Assembly: GCA_049517335.1 (NCBI GenBank)
Contig: JBEKSD010000016.1
Location: forward strand, 1 to 38,302
Reading direction: 5' to 3'
Source of the DNA: Candidatus Omnitrophota bacterium
GTDB taxonomy: Bacteria; Omnitrophota; Gorgyraeia; Gygaellales; Profunditerraquicolaceae
DNA: 38,302 bases
Below are positions 8,863 to 17,994 of the stretch, piece after piece (position 1 is the first letter of the stretch; the number at the start of each line of letters is the position of its first letter). The notes under the pieces were generated by a model. It did no database searches. It saw only the letters and a program-made list of their open reading frames with translations, and had not been told where the DNA came from. Position numbers and translations under genes: made by a program.

Positions 8863-9822
8863 ATGAAGGTTGCGCGGTTATCAATCCTGTCCCTGGCAGC
8901 GGTTTTAGCCATAAGCACAAAACTCTATGCCTTAGACGGGCAACAGCCCGGGGCATTAAGCCACTATATCATGGGTGTTTATTATGAGGACCTCGGCGAT
9001 ATTGATAAGGCGCTCAATGAGTACCGTCAGGCTTCAGCATCCGATAGCTCTGCGGCAATACATCTAGGCTTAGCTTCAACTTATGTAAAAAAAGGGGACC
9101 TGGCGCAGGCGATAAAAGAGCTAAAAACCTGCATTGAACTGGATCCCGGGGCAATTGAGCCGCATGCAATATTGGCAATCATTTATGCCTCTTTAAATAA
9201 AACCGATCCTGCGGAAACCGAGTATGAGGCGGCCTTAAGGATTGCCTCAAGGCAGGAGCCGGGAAATCCGGTAATTTACAAAGGATTAGGTTTTTTATAC
9301 CTGGAGCAGGATAAACTTAAGGAAGCAGAAGCTGCTTTTAAGTTTAGCCTCACGCTTTCGCCGGATGATTTCCAAACGCATTTTTATCTCGGGGTAGTTT
9401 ACGATAAATTAAAGGATTTTGTTCTTTCGGAAAAAGAACTTAAAAAAGCAATCCAGATTAATCCGGATTTTGCCAGCGGATTGAATTATTTGGGTTATGT
9501 GTATGCCCAGCAGAATCGGAACCTTAGGCAGGCCGAAAAGTTAATCCGCAGGGCGCTTAAGCTTGACGAACATAATGCCGCCTATATTGACAGCCTGGGT
9601 TGGGTTTATTTCAAAAAGGGCAAAATCAAAGAGGCATTTAAAGAGATTGAAGAAGCAAGCAGCCTGATAGACGACCCGGAAGTTTATGACCATCTGGGTG
9701 ACGTGTATTTAAAGTTGAATAATGTAAAAGAAGCGCAAGTGTGCTGGAAGAAATCCCTTGAACTTGCCCCGCAGCAGAGTTCAGTAAAAGAGAAGTTAGA
9801 CAAATTAAACAAAGTTAAGTAA
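8863..9822 (+). CDS. Exported tetratricopeptide-repeat protein
   Basis: Signal peptide, several TPRs, LNYLGY..A...AYIDSLGWVYFKKG...DHLGDVY pattern. Confidence 0.88.
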   Translation: MKVARLSILSLAAVLAISTKLYALDGQQPGALSHYIMGVYYEDLGDIDKALNEYRQASASDSSAAIHLGLASTYVKKGDLAQAIKELKTCIELDPGAIEPHAILAIIYASLNKTDPAETEYEAALRIASRQEPGNPVIYKGLGFLYLEQDKLKEAEAAFKFSLTLSPDDFQTHFYLGVVYDKLKDFVLSEKELKKAIQINPDFASGLNYLGYVYAQQNRNLRQAEKLIRRALKLDEHNAAYIDSLGWVYFKKGKIKEAFKEIEEASSLIDDPEVYDHLGDVYLKLNNVKEAQVCWKKSLELAPQQSSVKEKLDKLNKVK

Positions 9823-10640
9823 TGCCATCCCAGACGGAAATTCAGCAACTGCAAGCAAAAGCAAAAGAAATCCGCCGTTTAATCATCCGGATGATCGCGA
9901 AAGCCGGATCAGGACACCCCGGCGGAAGCTTGTCATCCGCAGATTTAATCACCGCGCTATTCTACTCCGTTTTAAAGCATGACCCCAAAAACCCTCAAGA
10001 CCCTGACCGGGACCGTTTTCATATGTCCAAGGGCCATTGTGCTCCTCTCTGGTATGCGATATTGGCAGACAGGGGTTATTTTGAGAAAGAAAAATTAATG
10101 ACTTTGCGCCAGCTCGGTTCAATGCTGCAGGGCCACCCCGACCCGCGGACCCCGGGAGTAGAAGTTGCTTCGGGTTCTTTAGGGCAGGGGCTTTCTGTTG
10201 CCTTAGGCATGAGCTTAGCCAGCCGGATTGACAAAAAAGACTGGCGGGTTTACGTCCTTTTAGGCGACGGCGAGATACAGGAAGGCAATATCTGGGAAGC
10301 GGCAATGGCTGCGGCCCATTTTAAAGCCGACAATCTCTGCGCGATACTGGATTATAACGGGTTTCAGATTGACGGGGAGGTCTGCCATGTTATGGGGCTT
10401 GAGCCTTTAGTAGCCAAATGGACGGCGTTTGGCTGGTATACTATTGAAATCAACGGGCACAATATGGAAGAAATACTAAACGCTTACGATGAAGCTAACA
10501 GGATAAAAGGCAAGCCTGTAATTATCATTGCCCACACCGTAAAAGGCAAAGGGGTTTCGTTTATGGAAAATGTCTGTGATTTTCACGGCAGGGCTCCTAG
10601 CGTAGAAGAAGCAGAGAGGGCGTTAAAGGAATTAGCATGA
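9822..10640 (+). CDS. Transketolase N-terminal (TPP-binding) subunit
   Basis: SGHPGGSLS, DRFHMSKGH, LQGHP, GSLGQGLS, GDGEIQEG, TVKGKG. Confidence 0.95.
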   Translation: MPSQTEIQQLQAKAKEIRRLIIRMIAKAGSGHPGGSLSSADLITALFYSVLKHDPKNPQDPDRDRFHMSKGHCAPLWYAILADRGYFEKEKLMTLRQLGSMLQGHPDPRTPGVEVASGSLGQGLSVALGMSLASRIDKKDWRVYVLLGDGEIQEGNIWEAAMAAAHFKADNLCAILDYNGFQIDGEVCHVMGLEPLVAKWTAFGWYTIEINGHNMEEILNAYDEANRIKGKPVIIIAHTVKGKGVSFMENVCDFHGRAPSVEEAERALKELA

Positions 10641-11563
10641 GCGAGATGTTATATCAGCGGGATGTTTACGGTAAAACTTTAGTTGAACTGGGCAAGGCCA
10701 ATAACAGCATAGTTGTATTAGACGCCGACCTTTCCAGCTCCACGCGCACTGCCTTATTCGCCAAAGAGTTCCCAGAGAGATTTTTTAATTTCGGGGTCGC
10801 CGAACAGAATATGGTTGCTTCTGCCGCAGGGTTGGCTTCCTGCGGGAAAACGGTATTTTTATCCACATTCGCCATCTTCGCCACAGGCCGGGCCTGGGAT
10901 CAGGTAAGGAATTCCGTTTGTTACAGTAACCTCAACGTAAAGATTGTGGCAACCCACGCCGGAATTACCGTCGGCCCGGACGGCGCAAGCCATCAGGCGC
11001 TTGAAGACATTGCAATAATGAGGGCAATTCCGAATATATCTATAATCGTGCCTTGCGACGGGCCGCAGACGCGCGATGCAATAGTTACCGCCGCCAATAC
11101 GAACGGTCCTTTTTATATCCGCTTGGGCAGGGTAAAGGTGCCGACAGTGGAAAAAAAGAGCGAATTTAAAATCGGCAAAGCGCAAGTCTTAGCTGAAGGC
11201 AATGATTTGACCATCGTCGCCTGCGGCTTATTGGTCAATGAAGCGAAAATTGCGGTAAAAAATTTAAGCCTGAAAGGAATCCATGCCCGGCTGATTAACA
11301 TACACAGTATCCGGCCTTTTGACAAAGAAATTATACTTAAGGCCGCCAAAGAAACAGGCGGCATTATTGTCTGCGAAGAGCACTCCGTTATCGGCGGGTT
11401 AGCATCCTGCGTTGATGAAGTTGTAGCCGAAAACAAGCCTGTAAAAGTTGTGCGTATGGGCATAAAAAACAGGTTTGGTCAGTCGGGTGAGCCGGAGGAG
11501 CTCTTAAAAGAGTACGGCCTCACCAGTTCGGATATAGAAAAAACAGCACTATCGTTGTCGTGA
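10637..11563 (+). CDS. Transketolase C-terminal subunit
   Basis: LDADLSSST, GVAEQNM, GPDGASHQ, EEHSVIGGL. Confidence 0.95.
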   Translation: MSEMLYQRDVYGKTLVELGKANNSIVVLDADLSSSTRTALFAKEFPERFFNFGVAEQNMVASAAGLASCGKTVFLSTFAIFATGRAWDQVRNSVCYSNLNVKIVATHAGITVGPDGASHQALEDIAIMRAIPNISIIVPCDGPQTRDAIVTAANTNGPFYIRLGRVKVPTVEKKSEFKIGKAQVLAEGNDLTIVACGLLVNEAKIAVKNLSLKGIHARLINIHSIRPFDKEIILKAAKETGGIIVCEEHSVIGGLASCVDEVVAENKPVKVVRMGIKNRFGQSGEPEELLKEYGLTSSDIEKTALSLS

Positions 11564-12426
11564 TTGTAAAATCCTGCGCTAAAGTAAACCTCTACCTTGA
11601 AGTCCTCTCCAAAAGAAAAGACAACTACCACAATATAAAAACGATTTTTGAAAGGATTGACCTTAGCGATAAGATTACACTAAGAGTCCGTCTTGGAGGT
11701 TTAATTACGCTGGATTGCAATAACCCCACCGTGCCCAAGGATGAAAGCAACCTCTGTTTCCGCGCAGCTAAGCTGCTTCAGGACAGATATAAGGTTAAAA
11801 AGGGCGTTGACATTACCATAAATAAACATATACCCGTAGGCGCGGGGCTTGGAGGCGGCTCAAGCAATGCCGCGGCGGTTTTAACGGCCTTAAATAAGCT
11901 CTGGGGCCTTAATCTGAATTTAAGCAGGCTCCTAACTTTAGCCGAGAAAATAGGTTGCGATGTCCCGTTCTTTGTTTATGACGTGCCTTTTGCCTTCGGC
12001 ACATCGCGTGGCGATAAAATCAAGCCGCTGGAAAAATTAAAGAAACTGAAACTTTGGCATGTCCTGGTTTTTCCCGGAATCAAGGTATCCACCCCTTTAA
12101 TTTACAAAAAATTTGACAGAATTTCCGGGTTGACAAGGTCAAGGTACAGTGTTAAAATATTAACTTCAACCTTAGCGAAATATCCTTCAGTTTTGGGCTC
12201 GGGAGGGTTGTTTAATAGTTTGCAGGCTGTAACCGAAAAAGAATACCCTGAGGTCAGCCGGATAAGGAGTTCGTTTCAGGAACTCGGCCAAAACTCCCTC
12301 TTAATGTCCGGAAGCGGTCCGACAGTGTTTTCGCTCGCTAGGTCCAGGCAGGAAGCGCTTCTTTTAAAGAAAGCTATTGAAAGTAAGCATAAGTCTTGGG
12401 AAGTGTTTCTGGCAGGGACCTGCTGA
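11560..12426 (+). CDS. ispE: 4-(cytidine 5'-diphospho)-2-C-methyl-D-erythritol kinase
   Basis: AKVNLYL, KHIPVGAGLGGGSSNAA, GCDVPFF, MSGSGPTVF. Confidence 0.96.
   Translation: MIVKSCAKVNLYLEVLSKRKDNYHNIKTIFERIDLSDKITLRVRLGGLITLDCNNPTVPKDESNLCFRAAKLLQDRYKVKKGVDITINKHIPVGAGLGGGSSNAAAVLTALNKLWGLNLNLSRLLTLAEKIGCDVPFFVYDVPFAFGTSRGDKIKPLEKLKKLKLWHVLVFPGIKVSTPLIYKKFDRISGLTRSRYSVKILTSTLAKYPSVLGSGGLFNSLQAVTEKEYPEVSRIRSSFQELGQNSLLMSGSGPTVFSLARSRQEALLLKKAIESKHKSWEVFLAGTC
12130..12158 (+). promoter_or_regulatory. Internal sigma70 promoter inside ispE
   Basis: TTGACA(12130-12135)-N17-TAAAAT(12153-12158) with extended -10 TG. Confidence 0.65.
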
Positions 12427-12451
12427 AAGTAAGAGTACTGGAGGAGGGCGG

Positions 12452-12841
12452 ATGGATATAACGGAAGTCAGGATAATCCTTAAAGATTCTCCTGACAAGA
12501 AATTAAAAGCCTACGCAACCGTGACGTTTGATAATGCCTTTGTTGTCAGGAATATAAAAGTAATTCAGGGGACAACCGGCTGTTTTATCGCTATGCCCTC
12601 AAGGAAAGTCAAAGAAGCCTGTTGTAAATGCAACTTTAAAAACGAATTGCGCAGTAAATACTGCAACCAGTGCGGCACCTTGTTGCCTATGCCTCAAAGA
12701 ACGGTTCTTACGGCAGAACAACAGGGAGTGAATTCTCAGTCTGAACATAAGGATATTGCCCATCCCATAACGCAGTCATTCAGGGATTATCTTCAGAAGA
12801 GAGTTTTAGACGCCTATGAGCAGGAAAAAACCAAGGTCTAA
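12452..12841 (+). CDS. spoVG: SpoVG family nucleic-acid-binding protein with zinc-ribbon insertion
   Basis: GGAGGAGG RBS before ATG 12452; MDITEVRI, LKAYATVTFDNAFVVRNIKVI, FIAMPSRK, DIAHPI; insert CCKC-x10-CNQC. Confidence 0.92.
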   Translation: MDITEVRIILKDSPDKKLKAYATVTFDNAFVVRNIKVIQGTTGCFIAMPSRKVKEACCKCNFKNELRSKYCNQCGTLLPMPQRTVLTAEQQGVNSQSEHKDIAHPITQSFRDYLQKRVLDAYEQEKTKV

Positions 12842-12864
12842 AGCGGCGTAAGGCTAACGGGATT

Positions 12865-12935
12865 TGGGATGTCGTCCAATGGTAGGACACGAGAATTTGG
12901 GTCTCGCTATTGTGGTTCGAATCCACACGTCCCAG
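12865..12935 (+). tRNA. tRNA-Gln(UUG)
   Basis: TGGGATG/CGTCCCA acceptor, GTCC/GGAC D stem, CGAGA/TCTCG anticodon stem with TTG, TGTGG-TTCGAAT-CCACA; CCA not encoded. Confidence 0.93.
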
Positions 12936-12965
12936 TTGATTCTCTAAAAAAATACATTCTAAAAG

Positions 12966-14237
12966 ATGAAAGATAATGTTGCGGCGATAATTCTGGCAGC
13001 GGGAAAAGGCCTCAGGATGAAATCGGGGGCCCCAAAAGTCCTGCATCAGGTTTGTAACCGGCCGATGATCGGCTATGTTTTTGATTTGGTGAAAGAACTG
13101 GGGATTAAAGAATCGGTTGTAGTCCTTGGGTCTAAGGCGCAGGAAATAAAAAAGGAGTTAAGGCCTAAAGGAAAAATCGTAATCCAAAAGAAGCTTATCG
13201 GTACAGCCGATGCCGTAAAAACGGCTTTAGCCAAATTAAAGGGTTTTAAAGGAACGGCCCTGATCCTTTACGGGGATATCCCTCTTTTAAAGAAGGATAC
13301 CATCAGGAAACTGCTTAAATACCACGTGCAGAGTGATTCCGATTTAACCATCCTTACCGCTGTAACTGATAAGCCCCAAGGTTACGGCAGGGTAATCCGC
13401 GACCGCTACAATACTATTTCCGGGATCGTTGAAGAAAAAGACACAGATGAGGTGGAAAAGGACATAAAAGAGGTTAACACTGGGATTATTTGTTTTAATA
13501 AGCAAAAATTATCCTCAGTCATTAATTTAGTCAGGCCTAATAACAGGAAGAAAGAATATTATCTCACCGATTTAATCGGCATTTTTTATAAAAAAGGGTA
13601 TCTGGTTGAGGGCATCAGGATAACCGACATTAATGAAGCCCTCGGGGTTAACTCCCGCGTTGAGCTAGCTTTGGCTAATTCCATCATGCAGAAAAGGATA
13701 AATGAAGAGCTGATGTTGAAGGGTGTCGGCATCATAGATACGGGTTCAACTTTTATAAGTTATGACGCGAAAATCGGTCCAGATACCGTAATTTACCCCT
13801 TTACAGTTATTGAAAAGGATGTTAAAATTGGTGCTCGTTGTTTTGTCGGGCCTTTTGCTCATTTGAGGGAAGGTACGCGCCTCAAAGACGACTGCCTGGC
13901 GGGAAATTTTCTTGAAATCACCCGTTCCACCATCGCCTCAAAGACCTTAGTTAAACATTTTGGGTATATTGGAGATAGCCGCATCGGCCGTTCTGTAAAT
14001 ATCGGCGCAGGCACGGTTACCGCTAATTTTGATAAAGGCGAAAAGAGCCTGACGGTAATCAAAGACGGCTCGTCCGTTGGTTCGGATACGGTATTTGTAG
14101 CGCCGGTTACAATGGGCAGGAATGCAGTAACCGGGGCAGGCTCGGTTGTGTTAAAAAATTCTAAAATCCCTACCGGCTCTGTGATTGCCGGTGTGCCGGC
14201 AAAACAATTAAAGAATAAGGGGAAAAAAAATGGATAA
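12966..14237 (+). CDS. glmU: Bifunctional UDP-GlcNAc pyrophosphorylase / glucosamine-1-P acetyltransferase
   Basis: ILAAGKGLRMKS..PKVLH, GTADAV, GYGRVIR, EYYLTD, HFGYIGD, NIGAGTVTANFD; beta-helix shorter than in E. coli. Confidence 0.93.
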   Translation: MKDNVAAIILAAGKGLRMKSGAPKVLHQVCNRPMIGYVFDLVKELGIKESVVVLGSKAQEIKKELRPKGKIVIQKKLIGTADAVKTALAKLKGFKGTALILYGDIPLLKKDTIRKLLKYHVQSDSDLTILTAVTDKPQGYGRVIRDRYNTISGIVEEKDTDEVEKDIKEVNTGIICFNKQKLSSVINLVRPNNRKKEYYLTDLIGIFYKKGYLVEGIRITDINEALGVNSRVELALANSIMQKRINEELMLKGVGIIDTGSTFISYDAKIGPDTVIYPFTVIEKDVKIGARCFVGPFAHLREGTRLKDDCLAGNFLEITRSTIASKTLVKHFGYIGDSRIGRSVNIGAGTVTANFDKGEKSLTVIKDGSSVGSDTVFVAPVTMGRNAVTGAGSVVLKNSKIPTGSVIAGVPAKQLKNKGKKNG

Positions 14238-15168
14238 GTTGGCTGTTTTTAGCGGTAACGCTCACCCGGAATTAGCTAAGAATATCTGTAAATTTCTTAA
14301 AACGGAATTATCGCATGTATTGGTGGATAGGTTCAGCGAAGGGGAAGTGCGCGTAAAAATAGACGATAACGTGCGCGGAAAAGACGTTTTTATAATCCAG
14401 CCAACCTGCCCTCCTCCGAATGAGAATCTGATGGAGTTACTGATTATGATTGACGCCATGAAAAGGGCTTCCGCCAGCAGGATTACCGCGGTTATCCCTT
14501 ATTTCGGGTACGCGCGCCAGGACCGCAAGGATCAGCCCCGTGTTCCCATTACTGCGAAACTTGTCGCAAACCTGTTAACTGTTGCCGGGACGAACAGAGT
14601 TCTGACTATGGATTTGCACGCGGGCCAGATTCAGGGTTTTTTTGATATACCCTTAGACCATCTCTTTGCCGTAGGGGTATTTTATGATTATTTTAAGAAG
14701 TTAAATTTAAAAGATCTGGTTATTGTTTCCCCTGATGTCGGAGGGATTAAAATGGCAAGGGCCTACGCCAAGAGGATCGGTGCCAGCCTTGCAATAATTG
14801 ATAAGAGGCGCGAGTCGCCCGATAAGACGGAGGCAATGCATATATTAGGTGAGGTTGAAGGTAAGAACGCGATCATGGTAGATGATTTGATCGCAACCGG
14901 GAGTTCTTTGTTTGAAGGGGTGCAGGCATTAAAGAAGGCCGGTGCAAAGAATATTTATGCGGCGATTTCGCATGGAGTTTTATCGGGGCCGGCGATAGAG
15001 CGGCTTGATAAATGTAAAGACTTAAAAGAGCTGGTTATTACCGATAGTATACCTTTGGAGGGCAAGAAACAGCATGAACGCCTAAAGGTCTTATCTATTG
15101 CCGAGCTTATGGGGGAAGCTATTAAGAGAATCCACAACGAAGAGTCAATCAGCTGCTTATTTGACTAA
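14230..15168 (+). CDS. prs: Ribose-phosphate pyrophosphokinase
   Basis: FSEGE, PYFGYARQDRK, DLHAGQIQGFF, VSPDVGG, DDLIATG. Confidence 0.97.
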   Translation: MDKLAVFSGNAHPELAKNICKFLKTELSHVLVDRFSEGEVRVKIDDNVRGKDVFIIQPTCPPPNENLMELLIMIDAMKRASASRITAVIPYFGYARQDRKDQPRVPITAKLVANLLTVAGTNRVLTMDLHAGQIQGFFDIPLDHLFAVGVFYDYFKKLNLKDLVIVSPDVGGIKMARAYAKRIGASLAIIDKRRESPDKTEAMHILGEVEGKNAIMVDDLIATGSSLFEGVQALKKAGAKNIYAAISHGVLSGPAIERLDKCKDLKELVITDSIPLEGKKQHERLKVLSIAELMGEAIKRIHNEESISCLFD

Positions 15169-15195
15169 AAAAAGAAGAATGGAGCGTATTTTAAG

Positions 15196-15885
15196 ATGGA
15201 GGAGATATTTTTAGAAGCGGAATCAAGGACGGACACAGGCAGGGCCAATAGTAAAGATTTAAGGGAGCAAGGATACCTGCCAGCCGTACTTTACTCGCAG
15301 GGCAAGGAGTCTATGCCTTTGAAGATTTCTAACAGTGCGCTTATAAAGCTGGTCCACCAGCACAGGATTGAAGGCGTAATTGTTAGCTTAAAGATAAAAG
15401 AGGATAAGAAGCCGCGCGCCTGTCTGGTTAAAGAAATCCAGTATGACCCGGTCCATGACACTATTATCCACATTGATTTTAATGAGATCTCATTGACCAA
15501 GGCCATTAAAGTCAATATTCCCATTACGACTAAGGGCGAGCCTGTTGGCGTCAAGCAGGAAGGCGGGGCATTAGAACATATACTTTGGGAAGTTGAAGTT
15601 GAGTGTTTGCCTACGGATATCCCCAAAGGGATTGAAGTAGATGTTACTAATTTGAAGATCGGGGATTCCATTCATATTAAAGATATTCAATTCCCCGCGA
15701 AGGTGAAAGTTTTAAACGACCCTTCAGCCATCGTCCTTTCTGTCGCAGCGCCCATGAAAGAAGAGGTTCCTGTAGAGGCTGTGGAAGGTGAAGAGAAACA
15801 GGAGCCCGAAGTGATAAAGGAAAAGAAAGAAGCTCCGGCTGAAGAAGGTAAGGCGGAAGAGAACAAAGAAAAAGAGAAGAAGTGA
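15196..15885 (+). CDS. rplY: 50S ribosomal protein L25/Ctc
   Basis: LREQGYLPAVLY, KEIQYDPV..IIHIDF, GVKQEGG, acidic tail with EPEVI. Confidence 0.95.
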   Translation: MEEIFLEAESRTDTGRANSKDLREQGYLPAVLYSQGKESMPLKISNSALIKLVHQHRIEGVIVSLKIKEDKKPRACLVKEIQYDPVHDTIIHIDFNEISLTKAIKVNIPITTKGEPVGVKQEGGALEHILWEVEVECLPTDIPKGIEVDVTNLKIGDSIHIKDIQFPAKVKVLNDPSAIVLSVAAPMKEEVPVEAVEGEEKQEPEVIKEKKEAPAEEGKAEENKEKEKK

Positions 15886-15934
15886 TGGTTCGACAAGCTC
15901 ACCATCATCCTGAGCGAGCAAAACGAGTCGAAGG
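15883..15934. repeat. REP-like short palindromic element between rplY and pth
   Basis: TGATGGT-TCGACAAGCTC-ACCATCA hairpin followed by an inverted partner unit CCTGAGC...GTCGAAGG; resembles the TTCGACAAGCTCA / TGAGC..GTCGAA extragenic palindrome family. Only one copy in this window. Confidence 0.6.
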
Positions 15935-16504
15935 ATGAAATTAATAGTAGGCCTGGGTAATCCCGGCACGCTCTACGCAGATTCCCGGCATAACGCGGGG
16001 TATGCGGTGGTTAAAGCAATCGCCCATTCTCAAAAAGCCAGCCTAAAAAGGGACAACGGCACAAGTTCACTAAGCGCCAGAATTAAGGCCGGGCCAAAAA
16101 CTGTAATCCTGGCCCTTCCGCTTACATTCATGAACTTATCGGGAATCGCCGTTAAGGCGCTTAGCGAGAAACATAAAATAGATTTAGCTGATCTTTTGAT
16201 TGTTTATGATGATATGGACCTTAAATTCGGCAGGATGAAATTAAGGCCGTTTGGCTCATCCGCCGGACACAAGGGAGTAGAGTCGGTAATAAATTCTTTA
16301 GCTAGCGATAGATTCGCACGCTTAAAGATCGGTATCGGCAGGCCGCATAGAAATGGAGAACCATCAGATTACGTTCTTACGGTATTTTCGAAAAAAGAAA
16401 AAGAAGAAATCCCGGGAATAATCAAAGCCGCATCTGATTGCTGCCTTTCTTGGGTCCAGAAGGGCATAGCTGAAACAATGAATGTCTATAACAAAAAGGA
16501 GTGA
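15935..16504 (+). CDS. pth: Peptidyl-tRNA hydrolase
   Basis: LIVGLGNPG, RHNAG, TFMNLSG, YDDMDL, SAGHKG, RLKIGIGRP. Confidence 0.96.
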   Translation: MKLIVGLGNPGTLYADSRHNAGYAVVKAIAHSQKASLKRDNGTSSLSARIKAGPKTVILALPLTFMNLSGIAVKALSEKHKIDLADLLIVYDDMDLKFGRMKLRPFGSSAGHKGVESVINSLASDRFARLKIGIGRPHRNGEPSDYVLTVFSKKEKEEIPGIIKAASDCCLSWVQKGIAETMNVYNKKE

Positions 16505-16510
16505 AGGATA

Positions 16511-16798
16511 ATGAATAAGTACGAAGCAATGTTTATAATCAAGCCGGAATTATCAGAAGAAGAAAAGAAAGCACTTTTTAGCCAGATAACGGAGGCAATT
16601 AGTAAACACGGCGGAGAGGTGAGTTCCGCGGCTATATGGTCTGAGAAAAGAAAGTTTTTCTTCCCGATAAAGAAGTACCTTGAAGGCGTTTATTATCTTA
16701 TGGCTTTTACTCTGCCTCCTTTGGCGGTAAAGGATATAAGGCATGCCTATAACCTCAATGAAAATATTTTAAGGGCGCTTATTTCAAAATTAGAATAG
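16511..16798 (+). CDS. rpsF: 30S ribosomal protein S6
   Basis: KYEAMFIIKP, W..R...PIKK..EGVY, ENILR; rpsF-ssb-rpsR-rplI synteny. Confidence 0.95.
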   Translation: MNKYEAMFIIKPELSEEEKKALFSQITEAISKHGGEVSSAAIWSEKRKFFFPIKKYLEGVYYLMAFTLPPLAVKDIRHAYNLNENILRALISKLE

Positions 16799-16807
16799 GA
16801 GAAAATA

Positions 16808-17251
16808 ATGGCAAGTTTTAACAGAGTCTTTTTAATGGGCAATCTTACCAAGGACCCGGAATTGCGTTATACCCCTCAAGGGACAGCTGTGGCTAACCTG
16901 CGTCTTGCGGTAAACCGCAGGTTTAAAGCTAAGACTGGGGAGCTAAAAGAAGAGGTTTGTTTTATTACCGCGGTCGTCTGGAATAAGCAGGCGGAAACCT
17001 GCAATCAATATTTACATAAAGGTAGTCCTGTCTTTATTGAAGGAAGGCTACAGTCTCGTTCATGGGAAGACGCCTCGGGGCAGAAGAAGAGCGTTATTGA
17101 AGTTAGGGCTGAGCGGGTGCAATTCTTAGGTTCGCCTCCCGCAAAAGCGCAAAGCGCGCCAGCAGTTCAGGAAGAATTATCTCAGGAACCATCAACAGAG
17201 TCAGTATGGCTAACCGAAAGCGAGGAACAGGTTGATGAAAGTCAAAGTTAA
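16808..17251 (+). CDS. ssb: Single-stranded DNA-binding protein
   Basis: [37 protein letters not shown]. Confidence 0.96.
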   Translation: MASFNRVFLMGNLTKDPELRYTPQGTAVANLRLAVNRRFKAKTGELKEEVCFITAVVWNKQAETCNQYLHKGSPVFIEGRLQSRSWEDASGQKKSVIEVRAERVQFLGSPPAKAQSAPAVQEELSQEPSTESVWLTESEEQVDESQS

Positions 17252-17507
17252 AACGCCTATCAGGGGCAAGAAAATCATTAAGAAACGGCGGGATACTCTA
17301 ACTACAAGAAAACGTTTTTGTAGGTTCTGCACGGATAAAGTCAAATCAATTGATTATAAAGACGTAAAAAGGCTGGAAGCATTTATTACCGAAAGAGGCA
17401 AAATTCTCTCCAGCCGGCTTTCGGGAAACTGCGCAAAACATCAGAGGCGTATTGCCGAAGCGATTACCAAGGCACGGTTCATCTCTTTGCTGCCTTATAC
17501 GCGCTAA
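17235..17507 (+). CDS. rpsR: 30S ribosomal protein S18 (zinc-binding form)
   Basis: CRFC, IDYKD, ERGKI, CAKHQR, KAR..LLPY. Confidence 0.96.
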   Translation: MKVKVKTPIRGKKIIKKRRDTLTTRKRFCRFCTDKVKSIDYKDVKRLEAFITERGKILSSRLSGNCAKHQRRIAEAITKARFISLLPYTR

Positions 17508-17549
17508 GTTAGGTTAAGTAAGTTCCGGATTATTTGGAAAGGCAAAACT

Positions 17550-17993
17550 ATGGAAGTAATTTTAACCAAAGACGTTGAAAAAGTCGGTAAAGCGGGAGCG
17601 GTCATCAAGGTTAAGGACGGCTTTGCCCGTAACTTTCTTTTTCCCGGAGGGCTAGCTTTGCCGGTTACCGCGGGAAATTTAAAGAAGCTGGAACAGGACA
17701 AACAGAAAAAGGCTGAACAGGCTGAGAAGTTGAAAAATGAAGCATTGAACCTAAAAGAACGGTTGAACGGCTTATCCCTGACTATCCCCGCAATAAGCCA
17801 GGAAGATGAGAAACTTTACGGGAGCGTTGCCGTTCATGATGTCGCCTCCGCCTTAAAAGAAGAAGGTTTTAATATTGATAAAAACCTTATTGAGCTTGCT
17901 GAGCCGATTAAAAAATTGGGGATTTATGAAGTTAGCGTTAAACTGCATCCCGAGGTTATCGCGAAACTAAAAATCTGGATTGTTAAAAAATAA
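17550..17993 (+). CDS. rplI: 50S ribosomal protein L9
   Basis: MEVIL..DV..VG..G..VKDGFARNFL.P, KLYGSV, PIKKLG, LHPEV. Confidence 0.96.
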   Translation: MEVILTKDVEKVGKAGAVIKVKDGFARNFLFPGGLALPVTAGNLKKLEQDKQKKAEQAEKLKNEALNLKERLNGLSLTIPAISQEDEKLYGSVAVHDVASALKEEGFNIDKNLIELAEPIKKLGIYEVSVKLHPEVIAKLKIWIVKK

Positions 17994-17994
17994 G

